This document shows, piece after piece, positions 40,022-48,294 of a stretch of 64,000 bases of DNA. The stretch's first letter is position 1, and each line of letters opens with the position of its first letter. The translations under genes were made by a program, and so were the position numbers. The DNA is from Dehalococcoidia bacterium (GTDB taxonomy: Bacteria > Chloroflexota > Dehalococcoidia > Lucifugimonadales > G963668185), in the NCBI GenBank assembly GCA_965249225.1, contig CBDFLT010000009.1, forward strand, positions 159,593 through 223,592. The letters run 5' to 3'. Below the pieces are notes generated by a model. The model was not told where the DNA came from. It did not search any database and worked only from the letters and a program-made list of their open reading frames with translations.

Positions 40022-41392
40022 CTATGGCGCGGGGTTGATGTTGAAGTTCAGCCGGAAGAAGTTCGCCGGGTCGTACTTGCGCTTGACCTGCACCAGTCGC
40101 TCGTAGTTCGGCCCATACGACGATCGGACCGGTTCCACGCCGCAGTCGTCCTCAGATAGGTAGTTCACGTACCGTCTTTTGGACAAAAAGCGCCCCATTT
40201 CTTTGTAAGTCTCCCGGGTCCAAGTCACGTTCTCGTCGGTGTCTGTGGGATCGAGCCAGACCGAAATCATGAGGAAGTCGTACCCCGGATTGCGGTGAGG
40301 GTAGGCGGTCGCAGTGTCGGGCACGCGAGTCACTTCCCCGTGGAAGAGCTCGAGGCCTAGGCCGCTCATCGGCGATGGGCAGCTCGCGAAGCAATCGACC
40401 ATCGTGTCGATGGCGTCGTCAGATAGCTCCTCGACGAAGCTCGACTTGTAGTAGTTAAGGGAGCCCGCCGGATTGGCTTCATCGGCCATCATATTCACGG
40501 CCGTATAGGGCGTCGGGCCGATCTCGGTCTGGACCGGCGACCCGAAAGTGAGCAGAGGCTGGAGGTCCTTCTCGGCCTGTTCCGGAGGGTCGAGATGACA
40601 GAAGGCCGCAGCGGCCATCTTCTGTCCAGAGCCGTCTGGCGCATGAACGAGGTCCACATTGACGGCGAGCTCGTCCGGCAAGGCGGCCGTGAAGTCTCGA
40701 TAGAACCGCAGAAACTCGCCGGCAGCACGGTACGGGTGGAGGACCACCCCCCAGGTGACCATAGGTCCCACGGCATAGAGACGATACTCGAAGGATGCTA
40801 CCACACCGAAGTTGCCGCCGCCGCCGCGCAGCGCCCAAAAGAGATCCTCGTTCTCCTCTTCGCTGGCCACGAGTATACGGCCGTCGGCGGTCACCACCTC
40901 GGCCGAAATAAGGTTGTCGGCCGCCAAACCGTACTTCCCCATGAGCCAGCCGATGCCACCGCCGAGCGTCAGTCCGGCTATCCCGGTGGTCGAAACGACG
41001 CCGCCGGTCACTGCGAGCCCGTGTAGCTGGGTCTCACGGTTGAACTCCCTCCAGGTTACACCACCCTGCGCTCGCGCGGTTCGCCTCGCCGGATCGACGT
41101 GGATGCCCTTCATCCTCGATAGGTCGATCATGATCCCACCTTCGGTCGTGCCCTTGCCGGCGATGCTGTGCCCGCCTCCTCGGATCGAGACCTCGAATCC
41201 GTTCTCGCGGGCGAAGTTCACCACAGCTACGATATCGCCCACACCCTGGCACTGAGCGATGAGCGCCGGGCGTTTGTCGATTATGCCGTTGAAGACGCAA
41301 CGCGTCTGCTCGTAGCCCGTATCTCTTGGACGAAGAAGGGCTCCCTCGAACCCCTCCAGCGCAGCCATCAGATCATCAGTTAGATCCGTCAT
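40022..41392 (-). CDS. FAD-binding (FAD_binding_4) oxidoreductase with C-terminal BBE domain
   Basis: IRGGGHS, GGVVSTTGIAGLTLGGGIG and a C-terminal YDPANFFRLNFNI (berberine-bridge-like). Confidence 0.8.
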   Translation of the reverse strand: MTDLTDDLMAALEGFEGALLRPRDTGYEQTRCVFNGIIDKRPALIAQCQGVGDIVAVVNFARENGFEVSIRGGGHSIAGKGTTEGGIMIDLSRMKGIHVDPARRTARAQGGVTWREFNRETQLHGLAVTGGVVSTTGIAGLTLGGGIGWLMGKYGLAADNLISAEVVTADGRILVASEEENEDLFWALRGGGGNFGVVASFEYRLYAVGPMVTWGVVLHPYRAAGEFLRFYRDFTAALPDELAVNVDLVHAPDGSGQKMAAAAFCHLDPPEQAEKDLQPLLTFGSPVQTEIGPTPYTAVNMMADEANPAGSLNYYKSSFVEELSDDAIDTMVDCFASCPSPMSGLGLELFHGEVTRVPDTATAYPHRNPGYDFLMISVWLDPTDTDENVTWTRETYKEMGRFLSKRRYVNYLSEDDCGVEPVRSSYGPNYERLVQVKRKYDPANFFRLNFNINPAP

Positions 41393-41464
41393 TCGTCCAC
41401 CTGTCTTCTAGCTCAAGATGCAGAAGGAAGATTCCCCACATCAATATGACCTGCCACCGGTCTT

Positions 41465-42512
41465 TTAGTTCCTGAACGCGGGGATCACATGCTTCCCAAA
41501 TAGCTCTATGGACCGCATGGTCTTCTCGTGGGGCATCTGATCGCTCTGCATCATAAGGATGATCTGGTCGGCACCCGACTCCTGATGGCGCTTGACTCCT
41601 TCGATACAGCTTTCAGGGTCTCCAGCCACGATTATGCCCTGCTCGGAGAGGGTCCGGGCATCCAGTTCCCGAAAGACATCCAGTTCGAACTTTTTCGCTC
41701 CCTCTTCAAGGCCCGAGTCCTTGCCAAGCATGGTCCTGAAGGCCATTTCAAGATGGTCCGGAACACCACCCCAGGCGTTCAACAGATTTTTATATAAATC
41801 TACCTGGTCTCTCGAGTAAGGGCGGCCAGGGCCCATTGCGGCCTTAATGGCCTGGGCACCCAGCTCCTGCGCCTCTTCGTTATTGTCTCCACAGTGCCCT
41901 ACGGTGTAGTTTGCCCACTGATCGTTGATGAAAGCCCCCACCGGCTTGGCCCTCTTGACATCGGTCTTGTACTCTCGAATTTGCTCAGCCAGGGTAATCG
42001 GTGCGTAGGAGGAGTACGTCAGGACACCTACACCTTTCTCCGCGGCTATCTTATACATCACAGAATCGCGAAGTGGACACCCAGATAGGAGGATGAGGCT
42101 TCTGGAAAGGCTTGGGTTGAATGCGTCGAAGCGGGACATCTCAAAACCGGCCCTTCCATGAGAACTCATCCCTGAGCCATATTTGAGGTATCATTTCGAT
42201 GGCCTCCTCCCACATGGCCCGGGAGTCCCTGGGGTCTACACCGAATCCCTCGTGCTCATAGGCGGTACTGCGGCCGGTGCCGAACCCCAGCCGGATTCGC
42301 TTGGTTATCCAGCTCAGGGCACCGTAGACAACCTCTGGACAGGAGGACGCGGAGAAGGTGTTCAGGAAATGGTGCTCCGTAAACCACAGATATTCGAAGC
42401 CCACCTCGTCGGCGAGGACACACTGCTCCAGCGTTTCCTCCACCAGGCTGTTCTCGTCCACCACTCCATCGGAGAAAGGACGCTCCATCTCAAAGAGCAG
42501 TCCAAATTTCAT
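41465..42512 (-). pseudogene. Disrupted LLM-class flavin oxidoreductase gene
   Basis: The N-terminal (42141-42512) and C-terminal (41465-42169) pieces are in different frames. There is an in-frame TGA at 42141-42143. The canonical QPKPFQKPHPPIW motif (42081-42119) is readable only in the N-terminal frame after that stop. About 30 aa are missing after RIRLGFG relative to the intact paralog at 38929-39954. Confidence 0.7.
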
Positions 42513-42750
42513 GAGGGGTCTCCCGCCCGTACACGCCTAACGTTACTGAGCCGAAAATTACTATAGCGACTACCTTGCGGAAAAAGGGAAGGCGTATCCA
42601 GAATGAAGTAGAGCCTAGCACCGCCTCTTAGGGGTGTCAAACACTCGAAGACGGGCCCGACGCCGTCATTACCTGTGTCCATATAACTCTGTGCCATAAT
42701 GGAAGCATCGCCGAATTAGGATTCTGAAAATTTGGCGACGGGAGGCGACC

Positions 42751-44004
42751 GTGCCGAAACGAGTACATCACGTAGTAAGACGGCCGGGGAGGAGACCGGA
42801 AGACCCGGATGTGGAGATACCCGTCGCAGAAGACCTGGGCACAATCCCAGGCATCCCGCTAAGGGAACGGGACCTCTCCTTCTACAGCAGGGTATATCCT
42901 CTGGAAGACGTCGACTCAAATACCACCGCTGACATAGCATGGGGTCTTACCGTATTAAACGAGGAGATGGCTAAGCAGCGGAATAAGTATGACGAAATAT
43001 ACGATCGTGACGACAAAGAAGCGGACGTCTCTGGTGAATTGGAGCCTATGGCTCCGTCTGATCACACAAGAGACGTCACAGAGGACATTCGCCAAAAGGC
43101 CAGGGAGATAGGTTTCGGTGAGGTAGGATTCACCAAATACGATCGAAGGTACACATATACCACCAAAAAAACTTGGGCCAAGTTCGACCATGCTATCTGT
43201 TTGGCCCTGGAGCAGGACTACGTACAGACTGAAGCCACCCCCAGCATGGAGTCCGAGGAGGCCCACTTCGGCACCTATGAGATTGGAGCAGCCCTTTCTC
43301 TAAAGCTGGCTTCTTACATTCGCTCGATAGGCTACCACGCTCAGATCCACAGTCCTACAGATAGCAGCGGAGCCTATATACCCATGTTCGTGAGCGCCGG
43401 TCTGGGTCAACTGGGGGCCAACGGTCAGCTTCTGTCGCCTCACTTTGGGTCCCGGTCCCGGCTGACTATAGTCACTACCGACGCTCCGGTAAAGCACGAT
43501 AAACCGATAGACTACGGCATAAACAAATTCTGCCAGCTCTGCCAGGTATGCGTGAACCGCTGCCCCGGTCGAGCCTTGACTCGGGACAAGATTTGGTGGC
43601 GCGGCGCGGAGAAGAACAAGGTCATCTACAAGCAATGTTTTCCAATCATGTCCAGCTACGAGGGCTGTGGTGTCTGTATCAAGGTTTGCCCCATCCAGCG
43701 CTACGGAATGAAGCCGGTGATGGAGCACTATATTGCTACTGATCAAGTGCTGGGCAAGGGCACCCATAACCTGGAGGGTTACTCCATGCGGGGCAAGGTG
43801 TATTTCGGCCCCGGCGAAATGCCCCACTTCGACCGTCAGCTCTTCATGTTCCCTCACGGACTAAAGGAAGATGTGGTCTTCCACGAGTTCAAGAAGAAGC
43901 TGGACGAGGATGGTATGCCATCCAATGAAGAATTAACGGATTTCGCCACCAAGGTCGGAGAAATCCTAGAGGAAAAAACTTCCACTACCCGGTCGGGTAC
44001 CTAA
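42751..44004 (+). CDS. Reductive dehalogenase / QueG-superfamily Fe-S protein (cytoplasmic, no Tat signal)
   Basis: AGLGQLGANGQLLSP.FGSR.RL..V.TDAP...DKPIDYGINKFCQLCQVCVNRCP followed ~35 aa later by CGVCIKVCP. This is the hallmark two-cluster arrangement of RdhA/QueG. The start is uncertain (GTG 42751). Confidence 0.55.
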   Translation: MPKRVHHVVRRPGRRPEDPDVEIPVAEDLGTIPGIPLRERDLSFYSRVYPLEDVDSNTTADIAWGLTVLNEEMAKQRNKYDEIYDRDDKEADVSGELEPMAPSDHTRDVTEDIRQKAREIGFGEVGFTKYDRRYTYTTKKTWAKFDHAICLALEQDYVQTEATPSMESEEAHFGTYEIGAALSLKLASYIRSIGYHAQIHSPTDSSGAYIPMFVSAGLGQLGANGQLLSPHFGSRSRLTIVTTDAPVKHDKPIDYGINKFCQLCQVCVNRCPGRALTRDKIWWRGAEKNKVIYKQCFPIMSSYEGCGVCIKVCPIQRYGMKPVMEHYIATDQVLGKGTHNLEGYSMRGKVYFGPGEMPHFDRQLFMFPHGLKEDVVFHEFKKKLDEDGMPSNEELTDFATKVGEILEEKTSTTRSGT

Positions 44005-44031
44005 AGCCAGTAAGGTCTATCTCTTAAACAA

Positions 44032-44244
44032 GTGGTCAAACGAGGTCAGTTCGAAAAGAAACACCTGGATGCTCTGTATGAGGAGCTGAGGCGAAACTGG
44101 AAGGGAAAAACAGAGTACGAACAGCTACTTCGAGACCTCAATTTGGGCGTTGCCCTCTTTGATGCTGGCCGCCCCATAAGCAATGAGATAGATCCCAGGG
44201 TGATAGCTCTTATAGAGAAACACAAACCCCAAAAGCAGCTTTGA
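44032..44244 (+). CDS. Small hypothetical protein (70 aa)
   Basis: ORF only, charged and helical in composition. It is followed directly by repeat copy A. Confidence 0.3.
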   Translation: MVKRGQFEKKHLDALYEELRRNWKGKTEYEQLLRDLNLGVALFDAGRPISNEIDPRVIALIEKHKPQKQL

Positions 44245-44251
44245 CCTGCCC

Positions 44252-44295
44252 CCGGTTAAGGTCGGGGCACCCCTTATAGTACGGAGCGTCATGCC
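44252..44295 (+). repeat. 44-bp direct repeat, copy A
   Basis: CCGGTTAAGGTCGGGGCACCCCTTATAGTACGGAGCGTCATGCC. It matches copy B with a few substitutions and a 1-nt indel. Confidence 0.8.
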
Positions 44296-44297
44296 TG

Positions 44298-44735
44298 GTG
44301 GCCGTGGCCGTTGGCGCCGAGAGCCCTGTACGCAACGCCTGGGGTGCCTACGACATGAAGGCACCCGATGGCACGAAGATTGAGGTCAAGTCCGCTGCGT
44401 ACGTACAGTCCTGGCATCAGAAAGAGCTCTCGAGAATACAATTCGGTATCAAGAAAACCCTGGAGTGGATGCCCGAGACCAATGATTTCGGCAAAGAGAA
44501 GAAACGGCAATCGGACGTATACGTCTTCTGCCTGCTGGCACAGAAGGAAAAACGCCAGGTCGATCCGCTAGACCTGGAGCAGTGGGAGTTCTACGTCATT
44601 CCGACTTCGGTTCTTGATACCCAATTCGGAGACAGGCAGAGTATTTCACTAAGTAAGGTGACCGCTCACAGCCAGGCCTGCAACTTCCACCAGTTGGGAG
44701 AAGCGGTGAGAACAGCTTCAGCCTGGGCCGGTTAA
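44298..44735 (+). CDS. Hypothetical protein with PD-(D/E)xK nuclease-like motif
   Basis: 145 aa with a GTG start. YDMKAPDGTKIEVKSA fits D-x(n)-E-x-K and is followed by a hydrophobic strand DVYVFCLL. No family-level identification was possible. Confidence 0.4.
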   Translation: MAVAVGAESPVRNAWGAYDMKAPDGTKIEVKSAAYVQSWHQKELSRIQFGIKKTLEWMPETNDFGKEKKRQSDVYVFCLLAQKEKRQVDPLDLEQWEFYVIPTSVLDTQFGDRQSISLSKVTAHSQACNFHQLGEAVRTASAWAG

Positions 44736-44770
44736 GGTCGGAGCACCCCTCTATTACGGAATGTCATGCC
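44728..44770 (+). repeat. 44-bp direct repeat, copy B
   Basis: CCGGTTAAGGTCGGAGCACCCCTCTATTACGGAATGTCATGCC. It overlaps the stop codon of the 145-aa ORF and lies 100 nt from the tRNA-Arg 3' end. Confidence 0.8.
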
Positions 44771-44869
44771 CCGCATGGCAATTTGCAGACAGAAATCGTG
44801 TGCCGCAGCCCCGATTTCTTTCGTAGTATTGGGGACTAGCTTTTCCTGTCTATTAAGGCATGGAGGCCA

Positions 44870-44944
44870 TGGTACCCCTGCCGGGACTCGAACCCGGGCA
44901 CGCGGTTTAGGAAACCACTGCTCTATCCTCTGAGCTACAGGGGC
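44870..44944 (-). tRNA. tRNA-Arg (anticodon CCT), CCA encoded
   Basis: Hand-folded cloverleaf: acceptor GCCCCTG/CAGGGGT, D arm GCTC-AGAGGATA-GAGC, anticodon arm GTGGT-TTCCTAA-ACCGC, T arm CCGGG-TTCGAGT-CCCGG, 3' ACCA. Confidence 0.9.
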
Positions 44945-45101
44945 AAGCCTATCGGAATGGTCGAAACGCCTCCGCGTCCATATACTAGTGCATCGAGGCG
45001 GGCGACGCCAGCGGCTGGCGGTCCCGGCGCAGGCCCGCAGGCCACGCCATGGCATCTGGCAAAATCGAGCGGCGTGCTTCGAATCCTCCACGGTGGGGCG
45101 T

Positions 45102-45980
45102 ATGAAAGTTCACCTGGTAGATGGAACTTACGAGCTATTCAGGGCCTACTTCGCTATGCCCTCGTCAACGGCACCCGACGGACGCGAGGTCCGCGCCGTG
45201 CGAGGGCTTATCCAGACGCTACTGGTATTGCTGAGACAGGACGACGTCAGCCACGTCGCCTGCGCCTTCGACCACACAATTCCATCGTTCAGGAACGAGC
45301 TGTTCGACGGGTACAAGACCGGAGCTGACGTGCCGGCGGACCTCATAGCCCAGTTCGATCTGGCTGAGCAGGCGGCGTCGGCGCTGGGCCTTGTTGTGTG
45401 GCCCATGGTCGAATTCGAGGCCGACGACGCCATCGCAACCGCCACGCAGCGTTGGGTGGACGATTCGGAGCTGGCGCAGGTGGTTATCTGCTCCCCGGAC
45501 AAAGACCTGATGCAACTGGTAATGGCGGATCGGGTGGTCTGCCTGGACCGGCGCAACAACATCTTTTACGATGAGGCCGGGGTGCGAGCGAAGTTTGGAA
45601 TCAACCCAGCCTCGATACCCGATTACCTGGCGTTGGTCGGTGACGCGGCGGATGGGATCCCGGGAATCTCCGGATGGGGTGCCAAGTCCAGCTCAGCGGT
45701 CCTCAACAGGTATGGGCATATCGAGAGCATCCCCGGCAGCGCCGCCGACTGGGACGTGACCGTACGGGGAGCTACAAGTCTGGCCTCGGCCCTGGCTGAG
45801 CACCAAGAGGATGCCTTGCTCTACAGACGGTTGGCCACATTGCGCACCGACGTTCCGTTGAAAGAGACGCTGGCAGACCTCAAGTGGAAGGGCGTACGAA
45901 GGCCGGTGTACCAGACCATGTGCAAGGACTTGGGACTCGACAGGCTGATAAGCCTTCCCCACAGGTGGGACGACAGCTAG
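45102..45980 (+). CDS. 5'-3' exonuclease / flap endonuclease (Pol I N-terminal-domain-like, stand-alone)
   Basis: MKVHLVDGTYELFRAYFAMPS, EADDAIAT, SPDKDLMQLV and an H3TH region DYLALVGDAADGIPGISGWGAKSS. The real start is ATG 45102, within the longer track ORF. Confidence 0.8.
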   Translation: MKVHLVDGTYELFRAYFAMPSSTAPDGREVRAVRGLIQTLLVLLRQDDVSHVACAFDHTIPSFRNELFDGYKTGADVPADLIAQFDLAEQAASALGLVVWPMVEFEADDAIATATQRWVDDSELAQVVICSPDKDLMQLVMADRVVCLDRRNNIFYDEAGVRAKFGINPASIPDYLALVGDAADGIPGISGWGAKSSSAVLNRYGHIESIPGSAADWDVTVRGATSLASALAEHQEDALLYRRLATLRTDVPLKETLADLKWKGVRRPVYQTMCKDLGLDRLISLPHRWDDS

Positions 45981-46000
45981 AGCCACGAGTCGTTGGGGTG

Positions 46001-46072
46001 TACCCCCGGCGGGACTCGAACCCACGCCTCTGGCTCCGGAGGCCAGTGCTCTATCCGCTGAGCTACGGGGGC
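46001..46072 (-). tRNA. tRNA-Arg (anticodon CCG), CCA not encoded
   Basis: Hand-folded: acceptor GCCCCCG/CGGGGGT, D arm GCTC-AGCGGATA-GAGC, anticodon arm CTGGC-CTCCGGA-GCCAG, T arm GTGGG-TTCGAGT-CCCGC, discriminator A. Confidence 0.9.
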
Positions 46073-46296
46073 AACGAATCTCAACTATAGCAACTCACCA
46101 AATTGAGAACAAGCAGGGATTCGATAATCGGGTATTCCAATCGTTGGGTAGCTCGCCGGACTCTTCGTCCGGTCCCCCTGAGCGGACTCAGAACGACATA
46201 GGCAAAGGAATGCAACTTCATAGCCCTGCAGACCGCCAAGCGGAGGCAAATTGACGCAACAACCCAGATATTCTCCTATTCTGAACGACAATGGGC

Positions 46297-46325
46297 TTGA
46301 CATCTCTTCCTGGGGTGCATAAGAT
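46297..46325 (+). promoter_or_regulatory. Candidate sigma-70 promoter upstream of collagen-like gene 1
   Basis: TTGACA, a 17-nt spacer, then TAAGAT, ~125 nt upstream of ATG 46451. Confidence 0.4.
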
Positions 46326-46450
46326 TAGGCCGCCGTGTGGACGAGTCCGCCGCGTATGACGGGTAACTACGAGACCGTAAAATTCTAGCTCAAGTCTTAT
46401 CGCACCGGCGGCTCATTAACCGAACTGGATTCTTCCAAAAAGGGGGTCAG

Positions 46451-46987
46451 ATGAGAAGCCGCGTTTTCCCGAAGGGCATGATTTTTGTCCTGCTTTTCTC
46501 CGTACTCTCGATCTTCGCTCTCATGGCCTGCGCGGGATCGGATGGTGACACGGGCGCTGACGGATCTGCGGGCGCCACGGGACCCGCCGGATCTGACGGA
46601 GCCACAGGATCTGCTGGACCTACGGGTCCTGCCGGATCTGCGGGCGCCACGGGCGCTGACGGATCTGCGGGCGCCACGGGACCCGCTGGACCTCCTGGTC
46701 CTCCTGGCCCGTCCGCGGACGCACCGGCCGCTAACCTGTTCGCCACGGGCGCAGAGCCGGGTGGAACCGCAACAGTCTGGGGGTCGGGATTCGCCGCCGA
46801 CGAGGCTGTCACTCTAGCCGTATCAGGCAGTGGTGGCCAGACGGTGCTTGGAAGCGCCGAGGCGAACGATAGTGGCGCCTTCGTTGCGGACGTAACCGCG
46901 GACCTAGACGCCGGAATTTATACCCTCCTTGCCCTCGGTGACGGCGGATCGGAAGCAACCGCCCCGCTGATGGTGGGCTCTAAGTAA
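46451..46987 (+). CDS. Collagen-like (Gly-X-Y) repeat lipoprotein with one C-terminal Ig-like module
   Basis: Lipobox LMACAG, about 19 uninterrupted GXY triplets ([19 protein letters not shown]...GPPGPPGP), then [16 protein letters not shown]...[21 protein letters not shown]. Confidence 0.8.
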   Translation: MRSRVFPKGMIFVLLFSVLSIFALMACAGSDGDTGADGSAGATGPAGSDGATGSAGPTGPAGSAGATGADGSAGATGPAGPPGPPGPSADAPAANLFATGAEPGGTATVWGSGFAADEAVTLAVSGSGGQTVLGSAEANDSGAFVADVTADLDAGIYTLLALGDGGSEATAPLMVGSK

Positions 46988-47071
46988 CCGGATTTTTGGC
47001 CCCCTCACCGGTGAGTACCACGGATGAGGGATGGAGCCCCTACAGCGCGGTTAAGAGGTAACTGGGCTATC

Positions 47072-47101
47072 GAGCCCCCGCTTGAGATCAAGCAGGGGCT
47101 C
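47072..47101 (+). terminator. Stem-loop downstream of collagen-like gene 1
   Basis: GAGCCCCCGCTTG-agat-CAAGCAGGGGCTC (12 of 13 paired), ~85 nt after the stop. The U-tract is weak. Confidence 0.35.
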
Positions 47102-47367
47102 GGTTCATATGTTCGGAGGTGTTCGCCGGAAGCAGCTCCTCATCCGGCAGCCCAGCGGAGTCCCACCATGCCGGTAGACCAGAACTCACTGACACCTCAA
47201 GTCGCCCAACCCATCTCCGTCTACCTCGATGAACCCTTCCACTCCGATGGCGTACGATCGGAAACGACCACTCAAATTCCACACCTCGGGTCCCACTAAT
47301 CAGAGCTCAGATGGTATTGCTCAGATAGTTTGGCGACCTGATAGGGCTCTTCCAAACAGGGGGTCAC

Positions 47368-48192
47368 ATGAGAACGCGAGTTTCCATGAATTGGATGGTT
47401 GTCGCCCCGCTATTATTTGCATTCTCGATAATCGTTCTCATGGCTTGTCGAGGACCAGAGGGCGAGCCTGGACAGCCCGGACTTCCCGGGAACGAAGGCG
47501 TGATTGGGCCACCGGGCTCTCAAGGTGACCCGGGCCTACCCGGCAATCCCGGCAACCCGGGCCCGCCTGGACTCGGCGGACCGGCAGGACCGCCAGGGGA
47601 AGCGGTCTCTCCTCAAGCCGTAATTACCCTAAACGAGAGCCGGCTGAGTATGTCCGACCCTGTGGAGGTCATGGGATCGGGCTTCATCGACGGCGAAGAG
47701 GTTACCGTCACCCTCGAAATCGATGGGACCCTCATTAGACTTGTCGGCACAGCAACGGCCAACGAGTCTGGCGCGTTCATCATCACCGCCGATGAGTTTG
47801 GCGGCGACGCGTCAACCAAATCGGCGGCGATCGGAGCACGGACCGTGCTCGCGGAAGGCTCAGAGGGAAGCAAGGCCAGCGTGCCCGTAATTATCACGGA
47901 AGCAACCCCACCCACTACTCCGCCCTCCGCCAGCCTGTTCGTGGAGCCAACGAAACCCACTGGGACATCCGCCGTCTGGGGAGCAGGCTTTCGCGCCGGG
48001 GAGCTGGTTACCATTACTGCGCTAACATCGAGCAGCGGAGGCCCGATTCTTGGAGCCATCGAGGCAAACGAAAACGGCTCCCTGAGCACGATAATTACTG
48101 TCGATTTGGACCCCGGAATCTACACTCTCAAGGCCGTTGGGGCAGCCGGTTCGGAGGCGACCGCGCCTCTGGTTATCTCCGAGAACAAGTAA
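47368..48192 (+). CDS. Collagen-like (Gly-X-Y) repeat lipoprotein with two C-terminal Ig-like modules
   Basis: Lipobox LMACRG, about 16 GXY triplets ([16 protein letters not shown]...GPAGPPGE), and two copies of the module seen in the paralog. The RBS/leader TCTTCCAAA.AGGGGGTCA.ATGAGAA is shared with gene 1. Confidence 0.8.
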   Translation: MRTRVSMNWMVVAPLLFAFSIIVLMACRGPEGEPGQPGLPGNEGVIGPPGSQGDPGLPGNPGNPGPPGLGGPAGPPGEAVSPQAVITLNESRLSMSDPVEVMGSGFIDGEEVTVTLEIDGTLIRLVGTATANESGAFIITADEFGGDASTKSAAIGARTVLAEGSEGSKASVPVIITEATPPTTPPSASLFVEPTKPTGTSAVWGAGFRAGELVTITALTSSSGGPILGAIEANENGSLSTIITVDLDPGIYTLKAVGAAGSEATAPLVISENK

Positions 48193-48207
48193 CACCCCAT
48201 CGGAGTG

Positions 48208-48236
48208 GAGGGGCGAGACCGGCTATTCGTCCCCTC
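48208..48236 (+). terminator. Stem-loop downstream of collagen-like gene 2 (convergent with corC-like gene)
   Basis: GAGGGGCGA-gaccggctat-TCGTCCCCTC with one bulge, 16 nt after the stop. Confidence 0.35.
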
Positions 48237-48294
48237 GAAGCCATGTCAGGTTGCTCGTTTGTCCTCAGACAAGCGGCGCCTCCTCCCAGCGGCC

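Noticed and set aside
42141-42143. The in-frame TGA in the LLM gene as possible selenocysteine or stop-codon recoding.
   Set aside because: The same gene also carries a frameshift and a ~30-aa deletion, TGA is used as a normal stop elsewhere in the window, and no SECIS-like hairpin is evident. Pseudogenisation is the simpler explanation.
44252-44770. The possibility that the 44-bp repeats are integron attC sites bounding gene cassettes.
   Set aside because: No RYYYAAC / GTTRRRY core pair and no extended imperfect palindrome could be found in either copy. No intI-like integrase is present in the window.
46535-46715. Strong short-period DNA repetition that could be mistaken for a tandem-repeat or CRISPR-like array.
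   Set aside because: The periodicity is 9/18 nt and in frame, encoding Gly-X-Y collagen-like triplets. There is no spacer-repeat organisation.
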